Shown: positions 28,743-32,000 of the stretch, one piece after another
Layout of the letters: every line of letters begins with the position of its first letter
Numbering within the stretch: position 1 is the stretch's first letter
NCBI RefSeq assembly: GCF_000400465.1
Contig: NW_008806275.1
Location: forward strand, 459,656-491,655
Length of the DNA stretch: 32,000 nucleotides
Reading direction: 5' to 3'
Source: Wallemia ichthyophaga EXF-994
Lineage: Eukaryota; Fungi; Basidiomycota
Translations under genes and position numbers: made by a program
The notes under the pieces: model-generated
What the model was told of the DNA's origin: nothing
The model's input: only the letters and a program-made list of their open reading frames with translations
The model's database searches: none

Positions 28743-30610
28743 CTACTGCTCCATAGCAGACTGGATCTGATTATGTTGTTGATTATGAATGTTGAAATCA
28801 TATTGACCGAATCCCAAACCATAGTCATCGAAAGAGTTCATGTCTTCTATTCTTATGTCTTCATGTTTTACCAATGGCTGAAGCGGTGGAGGCGGTGGGT
28901 GTGAGTAATCTTCACTACCATCACTTACAACAGATGCAGATACTGCAGATGCGCTAGGCTCTCTTTGATTCGCATTCTTGTCAAACTGTAAAAGTAACCC
29001 CTGTGGTGATGAAGAGTCCGTAGTGTTTCCCTCTCTAATTGCAGTTTGAGCTGCGTTCACTGATTGGGGGTGAATTTTGCGATAATAGTCTAATTCCGCT
29101 TGCATTTCTTTCTGTGCTATTGTTTGAGCATCTACTACCTGTTGAAGATACCTGATGTAGTCAACGGACTTTCTTAAGATAACACCCTTGTTTGGTTTAC
29201 CAGCTGCAGCTGCGGCGACAGCTTGTTGCTTTTGTTGAGATTGTTGTTGTTGTTGTTGGGCACTAGTTGGCGACTGTCCTGGTTGGAGGTTCGCAACTTG
29301 GGTCTCATCCAAAGTCTCCAGTCTGCCGCTAAATGAAGATGGCAACTGATCAGGATGTCTGGGAGAGATAGGCTCGAGGAGTTGGTGGCCCTGTGAGGGG
29401 GTCTGAGATTGTTTATTAGATCTTGAGTTTGGTGGGCCAACGTCTGCGAGTAACTCCTCCGGTAACAACGTAGCCAGCTCAGCTATCCTTTCATTGATAT
29501 TGTCTCGACGTCTTCTTTCGACAGCGTTGTGTGATTCGCGTCTTCTTCTCCTCCTTTCAGTGAGAGACTCACCGGATTTAGCGTCGTCATCTCTCAAACT
29601 ATTATCTTGACCGAGTGAGGAAGGAGTAGCACCGTAATCAACAGACATTCTTCTCTGACCGTTGCTTTCGTTGTTCATAGAAGAATTAGGTTGAGGAACA
29701 GGTGGAGGAGCAGTACCAGCACCGGTACCAGGAAAAGAGTGACCCCATGGCTGGGTAGCAGGAGCAGAGCTCGGAATGAAAATGGCTTGAGCAGGCACAG
29801 GGGTACTAGATTGAGACTGAGGGGTGTTTAAGTGAGGAGCAGGACCAGAAATGCTAGCCCTGGAAGACCTAGAGCGTGAGCTTGGAGCTTTGCCGACACC
29901 ACTGGCGTTTGAAGTGGCTCTGGAGCGAGAGTGAGAATTTTCCCGAACCATGGAATTGCGGCGGGGGTAAGGCTGTGAGGAAAGGTGGGGACTTTCAAAG
30001 CCCATATCATCTGAAGCGGGACTGTTAGATTGATTATCGTAGGGATTCTGACGTTGGAAGTTGATAAGTGGGGAAGGAGGTTGTGGAGGGTGTTGTAAGT
30101 GATGATGTGGCGGTGGCTGAGGAGGGCGGTGTTGTTGCTGTTGTTGCTGTTGTTGCTGCTGCTGATTGTTGAAATTTGCAAAAGGATCGGTCTAAATAGC
30201 TCATTAGTTAGATATTTCCAAGATTAATTAAGGGCGCGGATGTAAGGGCAGCTAAATTAAGCGAGGCTTAAGCGAGGTGGTGGGGACTCCACTCCGAGGG
30301 AAAAATATGCGGGGAGACAACAAGAAAGAAAGAGAAAACTCACCTGCATCCATTGGTTATTTGTGCTTTCAGTTTGCATTAGGCTATCCAGCGTATCCGA
30401 TATGTCAAACGATGAGTGGAGGTCTCTCCAGCTATGGCTGTGGCTGTGTACAGAGCCATTGCTTGGGTGTGTTGCATGTGCATGTGGCTGCTGCTGCTGA
30501 TGTTCTTGCGGCTGAGATTCCTGTGGGCTATTGAAACCTCCCTCCTGTCTGATCTTTGGGATTGAGGACGATAACGGGTTTGAAGGCATGAAGAAACCAG
30601 AAGGTGGCAT
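28743..30610 (-). CDS. bHLH transcription factor of the TFE3/MITF/Rtg3/USF type; 2 exons (30610-30344, 30191-28743), 571 aa
   Basis: Basic-helix 1 RRRRRESHNAVERRRRDNINERIAELATLL, a long Q/A-rich loop, and helix 2 KPNKGVILRKSVDYIRYLQ followed by a short coiled coil. The 152-nt intron 30343-30192 is phase 0; poly-Q tracts are present. Confidence 0.9.
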
Positions 30611-30845
30611 TGCTCTGTGTCTTAATATTTTATTGAATTTATTTTTTATTTTCCAACTTGATGGTTTCTACCTGAGGACCCCCTCTAATTCCGGGTGGTT
30701 GGCGGCGTAACTCATTTTTTTCACACAGCGCATATTAACCGGTTGTTATGGTGAGATATATTTCAGTTATTTAAAATATATTTTATCTCTTTTTCTTTTT
30801 CAATTTGAGCATTTCAAGCAAAACTGCTCTTTATCCTTTGCGTTG

Positions 30846-32000
30846 ATGCTACTCAGGCCAGTCAGAAGATTTACAAGTCCATTGAGGCTACTCAGCGTTG
30901 TTAGATCTACAGCCACGGTATCCGCATCCAGCCAATCACAGCAGCCACCCTCCCGGCACCATCCTCAGCCTGAATTCCCGCAGCTTATTCCTTCTAGCGT
31001 ACAGACAGGCAGCTACCACCCAATCGCTCCTGATGACAGCCACAAGCGTAAAGAGGACGATGAATCTTTCGATTCCGTTGCCACAAAGCTCTCGCCAGAG
31101 ACTATGAAAGCTATCACAGTTTCACCACACAAGCATACAAAAATGTCTGCTGTACAATCTGCTATCTTCAACCTTCTCCCTGGCTTATCTGATGCCCAAT
31201 CAAATGACAGGAAAGACCTCTTTGTCAAGTCTAAGACTGGTACTGGTAAAACTATGGCCTTCTTGGTGCCTGCCATTGAAGCTAGACTTATGGCTATTCA
31301 GAATGCATTTGATTCTGCTTCTGGTTCTGATAAAGAAAAGTTTAAAGCTGGTAAACAATACGCTAATAGTACCGTTGGCGCTGTGATTATCAGTCCAACA
31401 AGAGAATTAGCCACTCAAATTGCTAACGAAGCTATAAAACTCTGTACGCATCACAAAGGCTTTCAAGTTAGACTCTTCGTTGGTGGCGCCAACAAAGGAA
31501 AGCAACTCTCAGAATTCAAAAACGGTAGAGGCGATATCATTGTTACCACCCCTGGTCGTATGAATGATGTTCTACAAACTAGTCCTATGGTTAAATCTGC
31601 TTTGAACACTTCTCCAACTGTACGTTACAATCTGCTTCACCCATCCACGCTCATACAGCTCTAGCTTATCCTCGATGAAGCAGATACTTTACTTGAAATG
31701 GGTTTTAAGGATGAACTCAATGCCATCATCGAACACCTCCCAGGTCATCCAACTCGTCAATCCGTTCTACTCTCCGCTACCCTCTCAGAAGGTATTAGAA
31801 AGGTCGCCAAATCTATCCTTAAACCAAACCATCTTTACATAGACACAGTACCAGAAGGCGAGAGCAACTCGCATGCTAAAATTCCTCAATTTTACTCTGC
31901 ATTATCATCCCCTGGCCACCAGTTACCACATTTACTTAGATTGATATCCCACGATCAGCTCACGAATCCAAAATCAAAGATAATGATTTTTTGCCCAACA
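30846..32000 (+). CDS. MSS116: Mitochondrial DEAD-box RNA helicase, Mss116-like (runs off the window end)
   Basis: Presequence MLLRPVRRF; Q motif MSAVQ; KSKTGTGKT, IISPTRELATQI, IIVTTPGRM; after the 45-nt intron 31620-31664, LILDEADTLLEMGF and LLSATL. Confidence 0.85.

Noticed and set aside
29236-30165. CAA/CAG trinucleotide runs
   Set aside because: Ordinary poly-Q tracts within the bHLH transcription factor.
30690-30725. GC-rich stretch followed by a T7 run, resembling a Pol III transcript end
   Set aside because: No A/B boxes or cloverleaf; no tRNA or 5S similarity.

Overview
Eukaryotic nuclear DNA from a very gene-dense basidiomycete fungus. The fused spermidine synthase-saccharopine dehydrogenase gene points to Basidiomycota, and the tiny introns and intergenic gaps suggest a Wallemia-like genome (inference). 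I hand-spliced 21 protein genes; the 19 complete, unambiguous models all close in frame, while the Smr-like gene has an unresolved in-frame stop and MSS116 runs off the window end. In order: SCD6/LSM14, a glycine-zipper membrane protein, SPE3-LYS9 fusion, complex I 9.5-kDa subunit (absent from the ORF track), TMA22, WHI2, MPC1, a tandem Smr-like protein, mitochondrial EF-G, SidA-type ornithine N5-monooxygenase, SMC2, ERV29, a MATE transporter, a WOPR (Gti1/Pac2) factor, a BED-like zinc-finger/coiled-coil protein, ATL1, NOC3, SCS7, CDC8, a TFE3/Rtg3-like bHLH factor and MSS116 (truncated). Introns are mostly 45-56 nt and several intergenic gaps are only 44-79 nt. I found no tRNA, rRNA, CRISPR array or intact mobile element. 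The most notable pattern is that two oversize introns each carry the binding site expected for their host gene: a perfect 16-bp SreA/Urbs1-type palindrome in sidA intron 1 and a tandem MCB pair in CDC8 intron 2. A normal-sized SMC2 intron also has an MCB. This suggests regulatory DNA has moved into introns where promoters have shrunk (hypothesis). Other highlights are an Smr domain interrupted by an in-frame TAG, an uncharacterised BED-like finger protein, and overlapping ATL1/NOC3 coding ends.
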